Notes: generated from the letters alone by a model not told the origin. Counted from the first letter of the stretch, positions 38,903 to 50,110 are shown. The stretch: 56,887 bases of DNA from a virus (IMGVR_UViG_3300011189_000401:1-56887); one strand, 5' to 3'. Numbers and translations: made by a program.

Positions 38903-41900
38903 TTAGTCATCTTTCATGGACTTAGCCAATCGGCTTTTACGGTCCTCTTTCATCTTGGCAAGCTGCTTGTCAATCTCAGTAGCCATCTCACGAGCGTACT
39001 TCTTGTCTTCTCGGCGGTTGCCGGAGCTTCCACCTTCGACCTTCATGTTCACTGTGTAGGTACTGTTATCGACGTACTCATTGTTAGTTCCACCACTTCG
39101 TGTGACGGACTTCGGATCATAAGAGCTAGTTGCAGACTTGTCACCGACCACACCACCATCGTGGTAAACCGGGACACCTTGTAGCTCTTGAAGCTTGGCA
39201 AAATCGAGCTTACCGCTATTGAGTGCATCGAGCGCGCCCCTGCCACCAAGCGCTCTCATTCCGCTTCTGGACAGCACACCTTCACCCTTCTGGGCCAGAA
39301 TTAGCTGTTCCTCTTCGTTGCCTCCAATCATTCCACCTTCGTGGAAGATCCCACCGATACCTCGTCCTAGCATGCCGCCCAGACCAGCGCCAATTGAGCC
39401 GCCCTGAAGGCCACCGACTAGTGCTCCACCGACACCACCGACGATGGTGCCGATAACCGAACCGACCTTCTCGCCGGTCGGGGCATCGCTTGCCATAGCT
39501 TGAATCAGGTTGATCCCAGCCATTGCGATACCAACTGCGGACACCGCTGCTTGCATGGCTCCTTCTGAAGCCCTAGCACCCTGCTCTGCCCCCTGAGCAG
39601 CACGCCTCGTGCCCTTCTTGGCCTCGTCGATAGTCTGGCTGGCGTTCTTTGCAGAACTAGCAACCTGACCAGTCTGTTGGGCCTGGATTTGCTCCAGTGT
39701 GCTTCTCATCTCGATGGCGTTGTCACGCTCCATCTGGAGGTTTACACGCTGGAAGTTTAAGAGTTCAGCCTTGGTTGCCTCAGAAGAAATAGCTGACTCC
39801 GTCGCGCCTTCCCACGCGTACATCATTCCGGCCATCGCCAAAGCAATGGTGACAATTCCACCAGCTGGGCCGTTGCTAAACAAGCCAACGATGATGTCAA
39901 TGATAGATTCGAACACAGCCTTGATGACTACAATGATAATCTCAGGCAGCTTGGCGAGCAACTGCGCGATAAGAGTGGGGATAACCCCAGTAATTGAACC
40001 GAGAATCGTAGGCACCTGTTCGATGATGAGCAGGAAGAAGTCAATGATAAGCGGGAACACCTGTTCAACGATGCGTGGCAGCGCACCAGCAAGTGTTTCC
40101 ACGATTTTAGGCAGGCTATCCTCAAGGGCCGTGATGATACCACTGATAACCTCGGGGAAAGCCTCGATGAAGGAGTCCACGATCTCGGGCAGATTATCAC
40201 TAATCGCCTCAATCATGGTCTCAAAGTTCTCACTGAACTCATTGGTGAATTCCTCGATTGCTCGGGGGAGTTCCTCAATGAACTTCAGGTAGAAGACCCT
40301 CATCCTGTCTGCATCACCACTCAGTGTCATCTCGACGATTCGAGAGATACCGGTTGTGAGCATTCCGGCCATTGACGATGCGGCAGCGGCGAACGCTGAA
40401 CCGAAGACGCTAGTGGCCGAATCGAGGATTTCATAGGTTCTGAGAGCGAACTCATTTTGGATGAAAGCCTCGTCGGGCAATGAATCAAGGAAGCCCTTGG
40501 TCATCTGCTCTTTCGCCATCTTGAGACCGATGTCACCCTCGACATCATCGCTGAACATATCAGTAAGGCTCTTCTTCAACTCGGGGCGAAGCTCATCGAA
40601 CGTCCTGCTAGCAGACTCGGACAAATCCATGCCCATTTCAGTGAGCTTGCCTTTAAGGAAGTCGGTACCAGCTTCAATCAGTCGATCCGAAGCCACGTCA
40701 AGCGCTCCAGCAAACTGGTTCAAGCTAGTCTCAAGGTCTGGTGCTCCAAACAAGCCTTGCGTGAACTGTCCCATGATGCTACTGACAGCCTTCGCGTTGA
40801 ACACCTGTTTGAATGCCTCTCCAAACTGCTCCTTGATGACGTCCTTGGTCTTCTTCAGGCTTTCCCTGTACTGCTTCTGAGCGTCAAGGATGGATTGCTG
40901 ACGTTGCTTCTCAGCGTCCATGATGGAATTGAGGTAGCTGTAATAGGTCGACTCGTTCCGTTGCAGGCCATCGATCGCCGTACTCACATTCCGCTTGTAC
41001 TGCACACGGATGTTTTCTAGTTGCTCGATGTACTGCTCGTACACCTCGGCGTTAGCCTTGGCGAACTCGGGAACGAAGACGCTATCAAAGAAGCTGGAAA
41101 GCGTTTCTCCAGCGTTCTTTGTGAACATCTCCATACCTTCTTGGAGGCTCTGCCAGACGAAGCTGTTATCAATGACATCTGATCCACGATCTTGGAGAGC
41201 TTTACCACGTCCGGCTTCCATCGCGGCAACGCCCATCTGCCAGCCAATGACAGCCTTTGCGGCATCTGCTTCAATACCTCTGACCTTGTCTGTAAGCTCC
41301 CTATCAACATCTTGAGGCTTAGTGGTCTTGGCTACGTCGCTGAGGCTCTTAGTGGTCTTCTCGACCTCCTTCATAGCCTTGCTTGCCTTCTCACTAGTGG
41401 CCCCCATGTCATCAAGGTTCTTTTCGAGGGCCTTGGCCGACTCTCCGGTACCACTAACCTCTTTGGAAGCCTTCGATGCTTCTGTCATGCCAGCCATCGC
41501 CCTACCATCACGGCTTGTTACTTCGTTGGCGATTCGCTGGATGTTGCTGTCAATGTTGCTCAGGTGATCATTTCTGACTGATGCTCGGCCTTCCGCGTTA
41601 CGAAAGATATCCATTCCCTCGCCTTCAAGGTTCTTACGAATCTCTTGGGCGAACTTCTTGGGATCGGTGATACCATCCGGCAGGAAGCTAAGCTGTCGAT
41701 CGCCAATCTCTTTCACCTTGTCGTCAATGACATCAAGCAGCATCTTAATGGCTTGCAGCCCCTCGTCGTCGAACACCATCTTGTACTTCTTTTTAGAGGT
41801 GCTGACTTGCAGTTCTGCGAGCCGTTCAGCTGCCTTCGTCGCCCATTCGAGCGAACCCGTCAGAGCCGTAGGCGAATCCTTGTACAACTTCTGCGCAGTA

Positions 41901-44900
41901 CCGACGTAGGTGTCAAGGGCCTTCTCAGCCTCTTTGACCTCACCTGCGTCAAGGTAACGGGAGAGCTGCCCTTGCGAGCGGTCCAGCTTGAACTGGCGCA
42001 GCTCCCTCAGCCGGTCGTTGACCTTCTCCTGCTCCCTTCTGTACTCTCGGGCTCGATTGGCAACTGTCGCCATCGCGCCATCGAGTTGACCCAGGTTAAC
42101 TCGTCCGCTCCTGACTCCAGCCACGAAGTCATTGACTGCACCCTCGGCATCACCCATCGTCGAAACGATGTCTCTACCAAGTGACTCTGACATCTGACCA
42201 ATAACCCCCATCCTATCGAAGTCCAGGGAGTCGGTCAGGGTGTCATTGATTACGTCTGCGAGTTCATCTGCTTGGCCACCGAGGTGTTCAGACAGCTTCT
42301 CATAGAGATCGATCCGGTTGTCAACGTGTTCGTTGATCTCCTTCTCAGTCTCCTTAGTCTCTTCAGCCAATTTGTTGAATTCCTCCCATACCTTCAGCAC
42401 TTGGTTGTCCAACCGGATCATCTCCGACTGATACTGAGCCATGCTGATACGGTGTTCTTCAGACTTCGCTGTCAACTGCTCTTGACGCAAGACCCTCATC
42501 TTCTCGATGTGGTTGATCTTACGGGCCCAGCCAAGAACCTTGTACTGGACGCCAGCGTGCTTGACCTGTGGATTGAGGATCTTCTCAGTGAGTTCAAGGT
42601 TCTCGAACAACATCTCGTTCTCTTCGCGCACAGCACTGAGTGCCTTGTAGCGAAGCGCGATCAGATCGTTCTGAAGCCCCTTAATCTCCTGAAGCCCTTC
42701 TATGCTAAGGAGGTATTCACTCGCCCTCATGTCGCCATGCGGGCCATTCTTGACGACCTCGTTGAGATCGTCCTGCTTAGCGATAAGCTTCTCGGTCGCC
42801 TTCAATTCTTCGAGGCGAGCGTCCACTGTTTCGTCAAGCTGCCTTGCTTCCTCGGTTACAAGCGACAGGTTTCCTTTCAGATTCCTGTTGGTGATACCGA
42901 TCTGAGTGTTCTTCTCCTGAATAGCATTGATCCCGGCTTGGATCTGGAGAAAGATATTCTTGGCAACCTCGTACTCGTCGGCGGAAAGTTCCGCGTTCTT
43001 TCTGCGGATTTCAAGAAGCTCGAAGCCAGCCTCTAGGGACTTGTCGAACTCTTCCATCGCAAAGTCTGTAGAGTCAGGCGAGAAGTCGAAATTGAGGTCA
43101 TCGATCTTCTTCTGCAAGTCTTCGTTTCCGAGACCTATATCACCGCGAAGCAGTTGCTCCTGTCTCAACTCTTCCCATTTCATATACTGCTTAGCAAGAG
43201 AGTTGAGGGTCTTCTGACGCTTCGCAGCATCATCCATCAGGTCGATGTATTCCCTGAAAATATCATTTCGCCTTTGGTCCAGCATCGTGGTGATCTGGTC
43301 GTTCTGAATCGCATTACGAAGATCCTTGACCTGATCTGCCGTATCACTGACGCCCTGCCCTGCCTTGCTTGCGGCCTCAGAAAATATCTCCGTAAACTCC
43401 CCTAGGCCCTGCATATTGACATTAAACAGACCGGAGTTCTTAGCCATTCTCCCCATGTCGTCAGCTATGTCAGCCGCGTTGTCGGAAGAATCAATCAAGT
43501 TGGCTGAAACGCCTTGTGTAACCTCGACAAGCTCAGAAGCGACAGCTTCGTCGCTCATGTCCTCGACTGCACTCCTGCTGTCTTGGAACGGCTTCATGGC
43601 TTCTTTCAGGATAGGCGTCTTGACGTTCGCCTCCCTGATTCCACGAAGGATCGCACGCTGTGTATTGATCCCCAGCGCCTTCGCTTGATCCCCCATCGTC
43701 TTCTGCAACGCTGGAACATCCATGAGCATCGTGGCCTCGGAATGGATGTCAGCCGAGTCCATAGTAATGAAGTCCCCAAGAACTTTCTCCGTGTCCTTGA
43801 TATCTTCTTTTAGTTCGTTCAACTCATGGCGAATCCTCATGAAGTTCTTCATGGGGACAGGGGCATCCATGATGTCGAACAGCTTGTTGAGCAACGCAGA
43901 TGTTTCACGAACAGGGTCAACTTCGAGCGTCTTCATGACATTGAAGTTGACACCCTCCATCGTCTCAGCAATGCGCAGGATGTTTTCGTGGACTTCCTTG
44001 ACATTGAAGAGCAACCCGTCAACTCCTTCGACGGTGGCCATCTCTTCCACGTTGAAGTACAGCGCGTCTTCAAGCTCTTTTCTAGCTCTTACGACCTCAG
44101 CCGCAGTCTTGCCGCCAACATTATTTAGCAGGCCATTAAGGCGCGCGCTGTACTCTTCCTCCATACCTCTTGCGAGGTCATCGAGCAGACCATCATTCAA
44201 CAATTTCTGAATCTGCTTGCCATGAGTCTTCCATTCCTTGTTGGCCTTATCGCTGACAAGGTTACCAGACGCAGTGATACGCAGATCTCCGACCTTCTTG
44301 ATGTTATCGAGGCTCATCTTCAGCACCTCGATTTTGTCCTGCACATCTTCTATAGGTCGGTCATCCCAGATGTCAGCCCACTCAGCAGCGAAGCTATTCG
44401 CCGCTTCGGACAGCGTGAAGAAAACACTGCTAATCACCCCTTCCTGAGCTTTGAATGCCGAACGCTGCTTACCAAACTGGCGGTCTAACATCTGAGCAGA
44501 TAGACTGATCAGCTTGTCGTTGCTCTCTAGGATGTCACTGTTGATGTTGTTTACTCGCTTGCCTACCTCAACCCGGACCTGCTCATAAATCCTGGGCAAT
44601 TCATTGACAAGGTCTTCATCCGACATCGTCAGAACTTCGTTCTCCATCGAGAGTTCAGCACCGGAATTCTTGAACAGGTCTCTCACTTTATCAGCGGCGA
44701 CACTGGTCTCAGTGCTGAACAACCTCACCTCATCATTGATACTGCCAAGATCCTTCCTGAATTTCTCAAGCTCGTTAGTCTTGGTTGTCATCTTGGCGAT
44801 AGATGCAGCCGTCTCATCAAAGGACTCTTGCATGTCCTCAATTGAGTCGACCATATAGCCAATCGCAGCCACAAGCCCAATCATAGCGACTGCGATGAGC

Positions 44901-47900
44901 CCAACAGCTCCCGCAGACAAGCCCTTGCTAGCAACAGCGGCTCCACCAGTTCTTGAGGCTGCGGCCCTAGCACTGGCTAACTCACTCTCACTCGCGGCAG
45001 CGATTCTAGCCGCCTGAGCTTCTGATAGGTGAGCCTTGGCGTGCCTTTCGGTGACCGCAGCGGATACAAGCAGTGAGTCAATATTAGCGTTTACCGACCT
45101 CTCATGAGTGAAGAGAGCGGCAGTGGAGGTGATGACTGAGCTAACAGCATTCTTCATGGACGTGAACAGAGTTCCGAACACCATGATTAGTGCGCCGATA
45201 CCCTGTGTTAATACGATAGCAGCGCCTCCCCATACAACGAAGTTGGAAATGAGCTTATCCAGCCCAAGCATATCCATCGCCTCTTGGAACTGTTGCAAGG
45301 CATGAGTAATAGAGATCAAGGCTTCTTTAGCAGGATCTAGCCCGTTTCTCATGAACTCAAGCAAAACCTGCTTTGCAGACTCAAACTTTCTTGCAAGCGT
45401 TTCTTTGACGTTCTCAGAAAGGTTCCTGCTTAGACCAGCGGAATCGTCCCTGAGTTCAGTGATAGTGGATTTCACATCGTCTACGTTGCCAGCCAAGACC
45501 TCGAAAGCCTTAGCACCACGCAGTCCGAACAATGAGAAGCTTGCGTTCAAGTCCCTAAGCGTCGTCTCTCCACTTCTCAGCTTCTTGTTGACCTCTTCCA
45601 AGACCGCGAGAAACTGCTTGTCGAGACTCATGTTGGGATCAACTTCAACGTCAAGAGCCTCTTTGAACTGACCAGTCTTAGCAGCGAACTGTGCGAACAC
45701 GCGCTGCAAGGTACGACCAGCCTGACCGCTCTTGATCATGTTGTCGTTCAGGACGGCGAGAAACGCCGAAAGTTCCTCAAACTGGAAGCCTGCAACTTTA
45801 CCAGTTGCGGCAACAAATTTGAGACCCTGAGTCATCTCATCAAGCTCCGCCTGATGGTTCCGGTAGACGGAGGTAAGAACGTCGGAGATACGATTCATCT
45901 TCTGGAGCTTCGATGTCGCGTTGTCCATCGAATCGCCGAAGACGTTGTACATACCAGCCATCGACCGAGTCGTGGCTTCAGCGTCTGCCGACGTGGTTGT
46001 GATGAGTCGCATAGCAGCGTCGAGACCGGCCATTGACTCTTCGAGAGTCAGACCAGCTGAGCCGAACTGTTTGACGACCTCGGCAACTTCCTCAGTTGCC
46101 TCACCGAACTCAATTGCGGTCTCACGAACCCGCGTCTTAACCTCGGTTAACATTTCCTCGAAGTCCTTCGAGGCAGATCGAGCAACAGTCATCACACGAG
46201 CGTATGCGCGACTCTCTTCAAGGATCTCCATGAAACCCATCGACAGACCCATGAGGCCAGCCATGATGAGGGACATAGAGTTGATGAACTTAAAGTTGTT
46301 GCGCACAGAATCAGCAAGCTCCATGCGGTAGAGGCGGAACCCCTTACCGGCGCGCTTGGCCGACTTCTCTACTTTATCAAGGGCGTAACGAGACTTGTCT
46401 ACTCTAGCACCCATCTTACTGAATGCCTTGTTGAGCCTGAGAGCTTGCCTTAGCAGCTTGCTCTCTACCTTGGTCAAATCCTTGCCCTCTCTTTTCATCT
46501 GACGGAAGGTATGGACAACGTAGGCCGTCTTGTCACGCATCTCTTTTGCGTTGCCACCCAGCTTTTTCATCTTCTGGGCACCAACGAGGGCAGCATTGCC
46601 GCCTTGGTCGATAGCCTTGTCGGCCATGTTCATCTCACGGCGCATGCGCGTGATCTGATTCGAGAATTTCGTAATGTCAGATTCAGCATTCTCGAAATCC
46701 TTACCCATAGCGCGAATACTGCCGCGCTTCATGCTAGCTTGCCCGCCAAGCCCACCCACTAGTTGTTTCCTAGCGTTGCGAACTCTCTTTAGTGCGACCT
46801 CTGCCTTGCGGCCAGCTTCAGTAGAGCTTCCACCCATGCGGATGAACTCTTGTTCAAGCTCTTCGATGCTATTCGACAGGCGCTTATAGTCCTTGTCGAT
46901 GTCCTTGGCCGAACGCGCAGCACGCTTGTAGGCACCTGCGGTGTCTATTGTCGCTTCGCCAAGGATCTTCTGGCGAGCGATGAGTTCCTTGGTTTTATTC
47001 TCTACTTTCTTGAGCTTGTCAGAAGCCTTAGCCATCTCGTCGAAGGCGTTGGCTTTCTTTTCAAGGGCGTTCACAGCGCCACCTTTCGACAGCGTGTGCT
47101 CAAGGCCCTTCGCCTCACGGCGGGTGTGCTGGATCTGCTGATCGATCGACTTGTACAGCGACTCGATCATCTCCAGCTTGCGAGCCTCTTTTCCAGACTC
47201 GTCCAGACCCGCGAAGTTGCCGCCGCCGCTAGCTGCTTCAGCTTCGATGGCGCGCTTCCCAATGATCTTTTCTTTCTGGAGCCGAGCAATAGTCGACTGA
47301 GTCTTTTTGAGATCCGACTGGAACCTCTTGATGAGGTCACGGGACTCCAAAAGGGTAGCCTTGTCGAAGATCCCCTCTCGGGTGCGCTTCTGAAGCGCCT
47401 CAAGGGCTTCCTCATTTGTGTCAATCGAGAGATGGAGCTTCTGGTAGTCTCGACGACCTTTCTGAAGCTCGTTGTAGTACGTCTTCAACACGTCACGGTT
47501 TGCCCTGTACTGTTGCTTCTGCTTGTTCAGGGTGGCCAGCGATCGCTCAAGGCTGTGCTCATCCTTCTTGTTCACCTTGATCGACTTCTCGACTTCCTTG
47601 CGACGCTTGTCGATTGCCTTGATCTCAGTCTTGATGGCAGCAATGCGCTTCATGCCCTCTCTGTTGGGCTTGATATTCTGCGCCTGAACCTCCAACTGGT
47701 CGCGACTATTCTTGAGTTGCTTAGACTCATTTTTGAGAGCCCGGACTTGGTCGCGAATCTCGTTGATACCAGACGCAACCCGAGTTCCAGTACGCTCGAT
47801 CGATTTACCAAATGCCTCCATTGAGTGGAGGTCTTGGTTCTTCATCGCCTTGGCTAGTTCTCTACCAGCCTTGGCACTGGTATCACCCAGCTCTTGGAGC

Positions 47901-49180
47901 AAGCCCCTAGCGCGCTTGTCAACACTGATTTGACGCTCGGTGTTCTCGGTCCTCAACTCGATACGCTTAGCCAGTAGCTCGGTAAGCTCAGCGGTCTTGC
48001 GAAGTTCCTGTTGCTGCTTCTTTTCAGGACTGCTTTTCAAATCTCCTTCGAGATCTTGCTTGACCTTCTCCAAGTCCTTGTAGGTTCCGGGATTCTTTTT
48101 GACAACATTTCGCTTCTTCCCGATCTCACTTTGTGCATCCTTGAATGCGCCACCGGGAGCGACCTGCTGCATTGCTCTCTTTTCCAGAGCCAGGATCTTC
48201 TTTAGCTCCTGACGACGACGCTCTAGGGATTTAACCACCTTGTCAGATTGGTTTTTGACGCGCTTCTCTTCCTTGGCAAGATGCTCAACAGCAATGCGTT
48301 GCTTCTTGAGTTCTGAATCTTTCTCAACAGTAGAGTTTTTAATAGCAGCCTTGCGCATCTCTTCATAGCCTTCCTTGGCCTGCTTTAACTCCTTCTGGAT
48401 GTGGTCAAGGCTGTTGCTTTTAATCTCCTTGTTAACCTTGGTTAATTGCTTCTCAGTCTTGCTAACACTGCTGCTGAGATTATCCCAGGTCTTAGTCCAC
48501 TGTCTCGCCTCATTGAATGCAGACTTGTTGGACCGCATTTCCATCTCAACTTCTTCAAGCTCAGCCTCGGTCTTTTTGATAGCCGCGTTGACCTTGCGAA
48601 GCTCAGTGACACCGACGTCACCAACTTCTTTAAGCTGCTTCTGAATCTTCTGGAGGTGAGCAAGAGATCCGCGCTCGATTCCCTTGGTCGAGAACCCTTC
48701 CATGCCGTCAGCGTTCTTGCGGACACCATCGGCGTCGAGATCAGGAGACCCCTTGCCACCACCAGCGCCGCCGCCACTCTTGGACGCCTTGCTGAACTTC
48801 TTACCGGCCTGAGTTGCGTCCTGCTCAAACTGTTGACCGAGCCCCTTCATCCGTTTTTCCATCTTATCAAGCGCCTCTTGAAAGGCACCTACTAAGACGT
48901 TCTCGATCTGTTTGCCGTCGTCTTGGAGCTTCAACTTGACGTTCGAGTTCGCAGCCAAGGTCTTCGACAGACGGTCGATGGCTTGATTGAACATGCCGAT
49001 CAACTTCCTGAACGATTCGAGGCTACTCTTGTCGAACTTGATGTCACCGTCGAAGTCAACCGACTTCAACGCCTTGTCCACTTGGTCAACAACTTTGCCC
49101 AGCTTCTCGGCAACCTTGTTGATGCCCTGTACTTCCTTTACAACTACTTCAACGCCAATCTTGATATTGCTGTTTGCCAT
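38903..49180 (-). CDS. tail tape measure protein
   Basis: 3425 aa helical/coiled coil; TP901-type core (ETAIEFG...ELSAFLAVLNDNMIKSGQAGRTL), hydrophobic segments, C-terminal FHEGG/EGVL motifs; follows the chaperone genes. Confidence 0.92.
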   Translation of the reverse strand: MANSNIKIGVEVVVKEVQGINKVAEKLGKVVDQVDKALKSVDFDGDIKFDKSSLESFRKLIGMFNQAIDRLSKTLAANSNVKLKLQDDGKQIENVLVGAFQEALDKMEKRMKGLGQQFEQDATQAGKKFSKASKSGGGAGGGKGSPDLDADGVRKNADGMEGFSTKGIERGSLAHLQKIQKQLKEVGDVGVTELRKVNAAIKKTEAELEEVEMEMRSNKSAFNEARQWTKTWDNLSSSVSKTEKQLTKVNKEIKSNSLDHIQKELKQAKEGYEEMRKAAIKNSTVEKDSELKKQRIAVEHLAKEEKRVKNQSDKVVKSLERRRQELKKILALEKRAMQQVAPGGAFKDAQSEIGKKRNVVKKNPGTYKDLEKVKQDLEGDLKSSPEKKQQQELRKTAELTELLAKRIELRTENTERQISVDKRARGLLQELGDTSAKAGRELAKAMKNQDLHSMEAFGKSIERTGTRVASGINEIRDQVRALKNESKQLKNSRDQLEVQAQNIKPNREGMKRIAAIKTEIKAIDKRRKEVEKSIKVNKKDEHSLERSLATLNKQKQQYRANRDVLKTYYNELQKGRRDYQKLHLSIDTNEEALEALQKRTREGIFDKATLLESRDLIKRFQSDLKKTQSTIARLQKEKIIGKRAIEAEAASGGGNFAGLDESGKEARKLEMIESLYKSIDQQIQHTRREAKGLEHTLSKGGAVNALEKKANAFDEMAKASDKLKKVENKTKELIARQKILGEATIDTAGAYKRAARSAKDIDKDYKRLSNSIEELEQEFIRMGGSSTEAGRKAEVALKRVRNARKQLVGGLGGQASMKRGSIRAMGKDFENAESDITKFSNQITRMRREMNMADKAIDQGGNAALVGAQKMKKLGGNAKEMRDKTAYVVHTFRQMKREGKDLTKVESKLLRQALRLNKAFSKMGARVDKSRYALDKVEKSAKRAGKGFRLYRMELADSVRNNFKFINSMSLIMAGLMGLSMGFMEILEESRAYARVMTVARSASKDFEEMLTEVKTRVRETAIEFGEATEEVAEVVKQFGSAGLTLEESMAGLDAAMRLITTTSADAEATTRSMAGMYNVFGDSMDNATSKLQKMNRISDVLTSVYRNHQAELDEMTQGLKFVAATGKVAGFQFEELSAFLAVLNDNMIKSGQAGRTLQRVFAQFAAKTGQFKEALDVEVDPNMSLDKQFLAVLEEVNKKLRSGETTLRDLNASFSLFGLRGAKAFEVLAGNVDDVKSTITELRDDSAGLSRNLSENVKETLARKFESAKQVLLEFMRNGLDPAKEALISITHALQQFQEAMDMLGLDKLISNFVVWGGAAIVLTQGIGALIMVFGTLFTSMKNAVSSVITSTAALFTHERSVNANIDSLLVSAAVTERHAKAHLSEAQAARIAAASESELASARAAASRTGGAAVASKGLSAGAVGLIAVAMIGLVAAIGYMVDSIEDMQESFDETAASIAKMTTKTNELEKFRKDLGSINDEVRLFSTETSVAADKVRDLFKNSGAELSMENEVLTMSDEDLVNELPRIYEQVRVEVGKRVNNINSDILESNDKLISLSAQMLDRQFGKQRSAFKAQEGVISSVFFTLSEAANSFAAEWADIWDDRPIEDVQDKIEVLKMSLDNIKKVGDLRITASGNLVSDKANKEWKTHGKQIQKLLNDGLLDDLARGMEEEYSARLNGLLNNVGGKTAAEVVRARKELEDALYFNVEEMATVEGVDGLLFNVKEVHENILRIAETMEGVNFNVMKTLEVDPVRETSALLNKLFDIMDAPVPMKNFMRIRHELNELKEDIKDTEKVLGDFITMDSADIHSEATMLMDVPALQKTMGDQAKALGINTQRAILRGIREANVKTPILKEAMKPFQDSRSAVEDMSDEAVASELVEVTQGVSANLIDSSDNAADIADDMGRMAKNSGLFNVNMQGLGEFTEIFSEAASKAGQGVSDTADQVKDLRNAIQNDQITTMLDQRRNDIFREYIDLMDDAAKRQKTLNSLAKQYMKWEELRQEQLLRGDIGLGNEDLQKKIDDLNFDFSPDSTDFAMEEFDKSLEAGFELLEIRRKNAELSADEYEVAKNIFLQIQAGINAIQEKNTQIGITNRNLKGNLSLVTEEARQLDETVDARLEELKATEKLIAKQDDLNEVVKNGPHGDMRASEYLLSIEGLQEIKGLQNDLIALRYKALSAVREENEMLFENLELTEKILNPQVKHAGVQYKVLGWARKINHIEKMRVLRQEQLTAKSEEHRISMAQYQSEMIRLDNQVLKVWEEFNKLAEETKETEKEINEHVDNRIDLYEKLSEHLGGQADELADVINDTLTDSLDFDRMGVIGQMSESLGRDIVSTMGDAEGAVNDFVAGVRSGRVNLGQLDGAMATVANRAREYRREQEKVNDRLRELRQFKLDRSQGQLSRYLDAGEVKEAEKALDTYVGTAQKLYKDSPTALTGSLEWATKAAERLAELQVSTSKKKYKMVFDDEGLQAIKMLLDVIDDKVKEIGDRQLSFLPDGITDPKKFAQEIRKNLEGEGMDIFRNAEGRASVRNDHLSNIDSNIQRIANEVTSRDGRAMAGMTEASKASKEVSGTGESAKALEKNLDDMGATSEKASKAMKEVEKTTKSLSDVAKTTKPQDVDRELTDKVRGIEADAAKAVIGWQMGVAAMEAGRGKALQDRGSDVIDNSFVWQSLQEGMEMFTKNAGETLSSFFDSVFVPEFAKANAEVYEQYIEQLENIRVQYKRNVSTAIDGLQRNESTYYSYLNSIMDAEKQRQQSILDAQKQYRESLKKTKDVIKEQFGEAFKQVFNAKAVSSIMGQFTQGLFGAPDLETSLNQFAGALDVASDRLIEAGTDFLKGKLTEMGMDLSESASRTFDELRPELKKSLTDMFSDDVEGDIGLKMAKEQMTKGFLDSLPDEAFIQNEFALRTYEILDSATSVFGSAFAAAASSMAGMLTTGISRIVEMTLSGDADRMRVFYLKFIEELPRAIEEFTNEFSENFETMIEAISDNLPEIVDSFIEAFPEVISGIITALEDSLPKIVETLAGALPRIVEQVFPLIIDFFLLIIEQVPTILGSITGVIPTLIAQLLAKLPEIIIVVIKAVFESIIDIIVGLFSNGPAGGIVTIALAMAGMMYAWEGATESAISSEATKAELLNFQRVNLQMERDNAIEMRSTLEQIQAQQTGQVASSAKNASQTIDEAKKGTRRAAQGAEQGARASEGAMQAAVSAVGIAMAGINLIQAMASDAPTGEKVGSVIGTIVGGVGGALVGGLQGGSIGAGLGGMLGRGIGGIFHEGGMIGGNEEEQLILAQKGEGVLSRSGMRALGGRGALDALNSGKLDFAKLQELQGVPVYHDGGVVGDKSATSSYDPKSVTRSGGTNNEYVDNSTYTVNMKVEGGSSGNRREDKKYAREMATEIDKQLAKMKEDRKSRLAKSMKDD

Positions 49181-49201
49181 GCCGTCCTCTCCTTTGAGCG
49201 G

Positions 49202-50110
49202 TTATTTATTCCGCTCCTTTTCCATCTCTTCGTGCTCTACTGCACCGTACTCACTCTTGACTACTTTTGAAGCGCGAAAAATCTGGTAGGGCTGATCGGC
49301 AATCCCACCGCTAAAGAACGGCATGTCTGATTTCTCAGCATGATACATTGCTTCCCCGACAACCTTCACCCATTCGTCAATCCATGACACCGGGCACTCG
49401 GGGTATCTGTAGCCGCCAACCATGATGAAACCCTGGCGACCCTTTGGTCCTTTGAGTTCTGTGTTCTGCTTCGCCTCTTCCTCGGCTCTCTTCTGCCGGT
49501 CATGTCGGCGCCTCTTACGCTGCCTACGGAGTTTGTCATTGCCATACGCCTTACGACCCTTGACCCTCTTAGCGGCGACCTGAGCGGCCTCCTGAGCGGC
49601 TGCTACGGCCTTTGCGCGGCGCTTCTCAAGGTAGGAGCGGCGATGCTCCATGCTGTACTCTCCGCAGGGCCGGTTCACGGCCATCCCGCTTTCGAGACAG
49701 TTGTCGCAATCGAATGACTTGAGTTGATTCCTGTTCTCTTCATCCGAACTCCAGTACAAGAACCGGATGAATCCGCGTAGCTTCGAGGCGTCTTCATCAG
49801 ACAGCGTCGTAAGCTCGTGGTAAATGTGTTTCCCGATATTGGACAGCGTCTTCTCGTCAAGCCAGTCACCGTCCATGTGTTCTTTGTACTCGAACTTGGA
49901 CAGGTTCCCGTCTTCATCTTCGGCGTACAGGTTCTCCCAACCGAGCAGGCCGCAGTGTCCAACCTCCATGTAAAGGCTGTTGCCCATCTTCAAAAGGTTC
50001 TGGGCTGCTAAGTCGGCGTACTCACCAACTGTGAGACCTCGGACAAAGAACGTCGCCCCTTCGTATTTGAACTCTCGGACAAAGTCGCCCAACCGTCTCT
50101 TGAAGCCCAT
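49202..50110 (-). CDS. tail assembly chaperone (G+T-like)
   Basis: Directly upstream of the tape measure gene; GLLGWENL motif, CxxC...C...CP, GGIADQP. Confidence 0.65.
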   Translation of the reverse strand: MGFKRRLGDFVREFKYEGATFFVRGLTVGEYADLAAQNLLKMGNSLYMEVGHCGLLGWENLYAEDEDGNLSKFEYKEHMDGDWLDEKTLSNIGKHIYHELTTLSDEDASKLRGFIRFLYWSSDEENRNQLKSFDCDNCLESGMAVNRPCGEYSMEHRRSYLEKRRAKAVAAAQEAAQVAAKRVKGRKAYGNDKLRRQRKRRRHDRQKRAEEEAKQNTELKGPKGRQGFIMVGGYRYPECPVSWIDEWVKVVGEAMYHAEKSDMPFFSGGIADQPYQIFRASKVVKSEYGAVEHEEMEKERNK

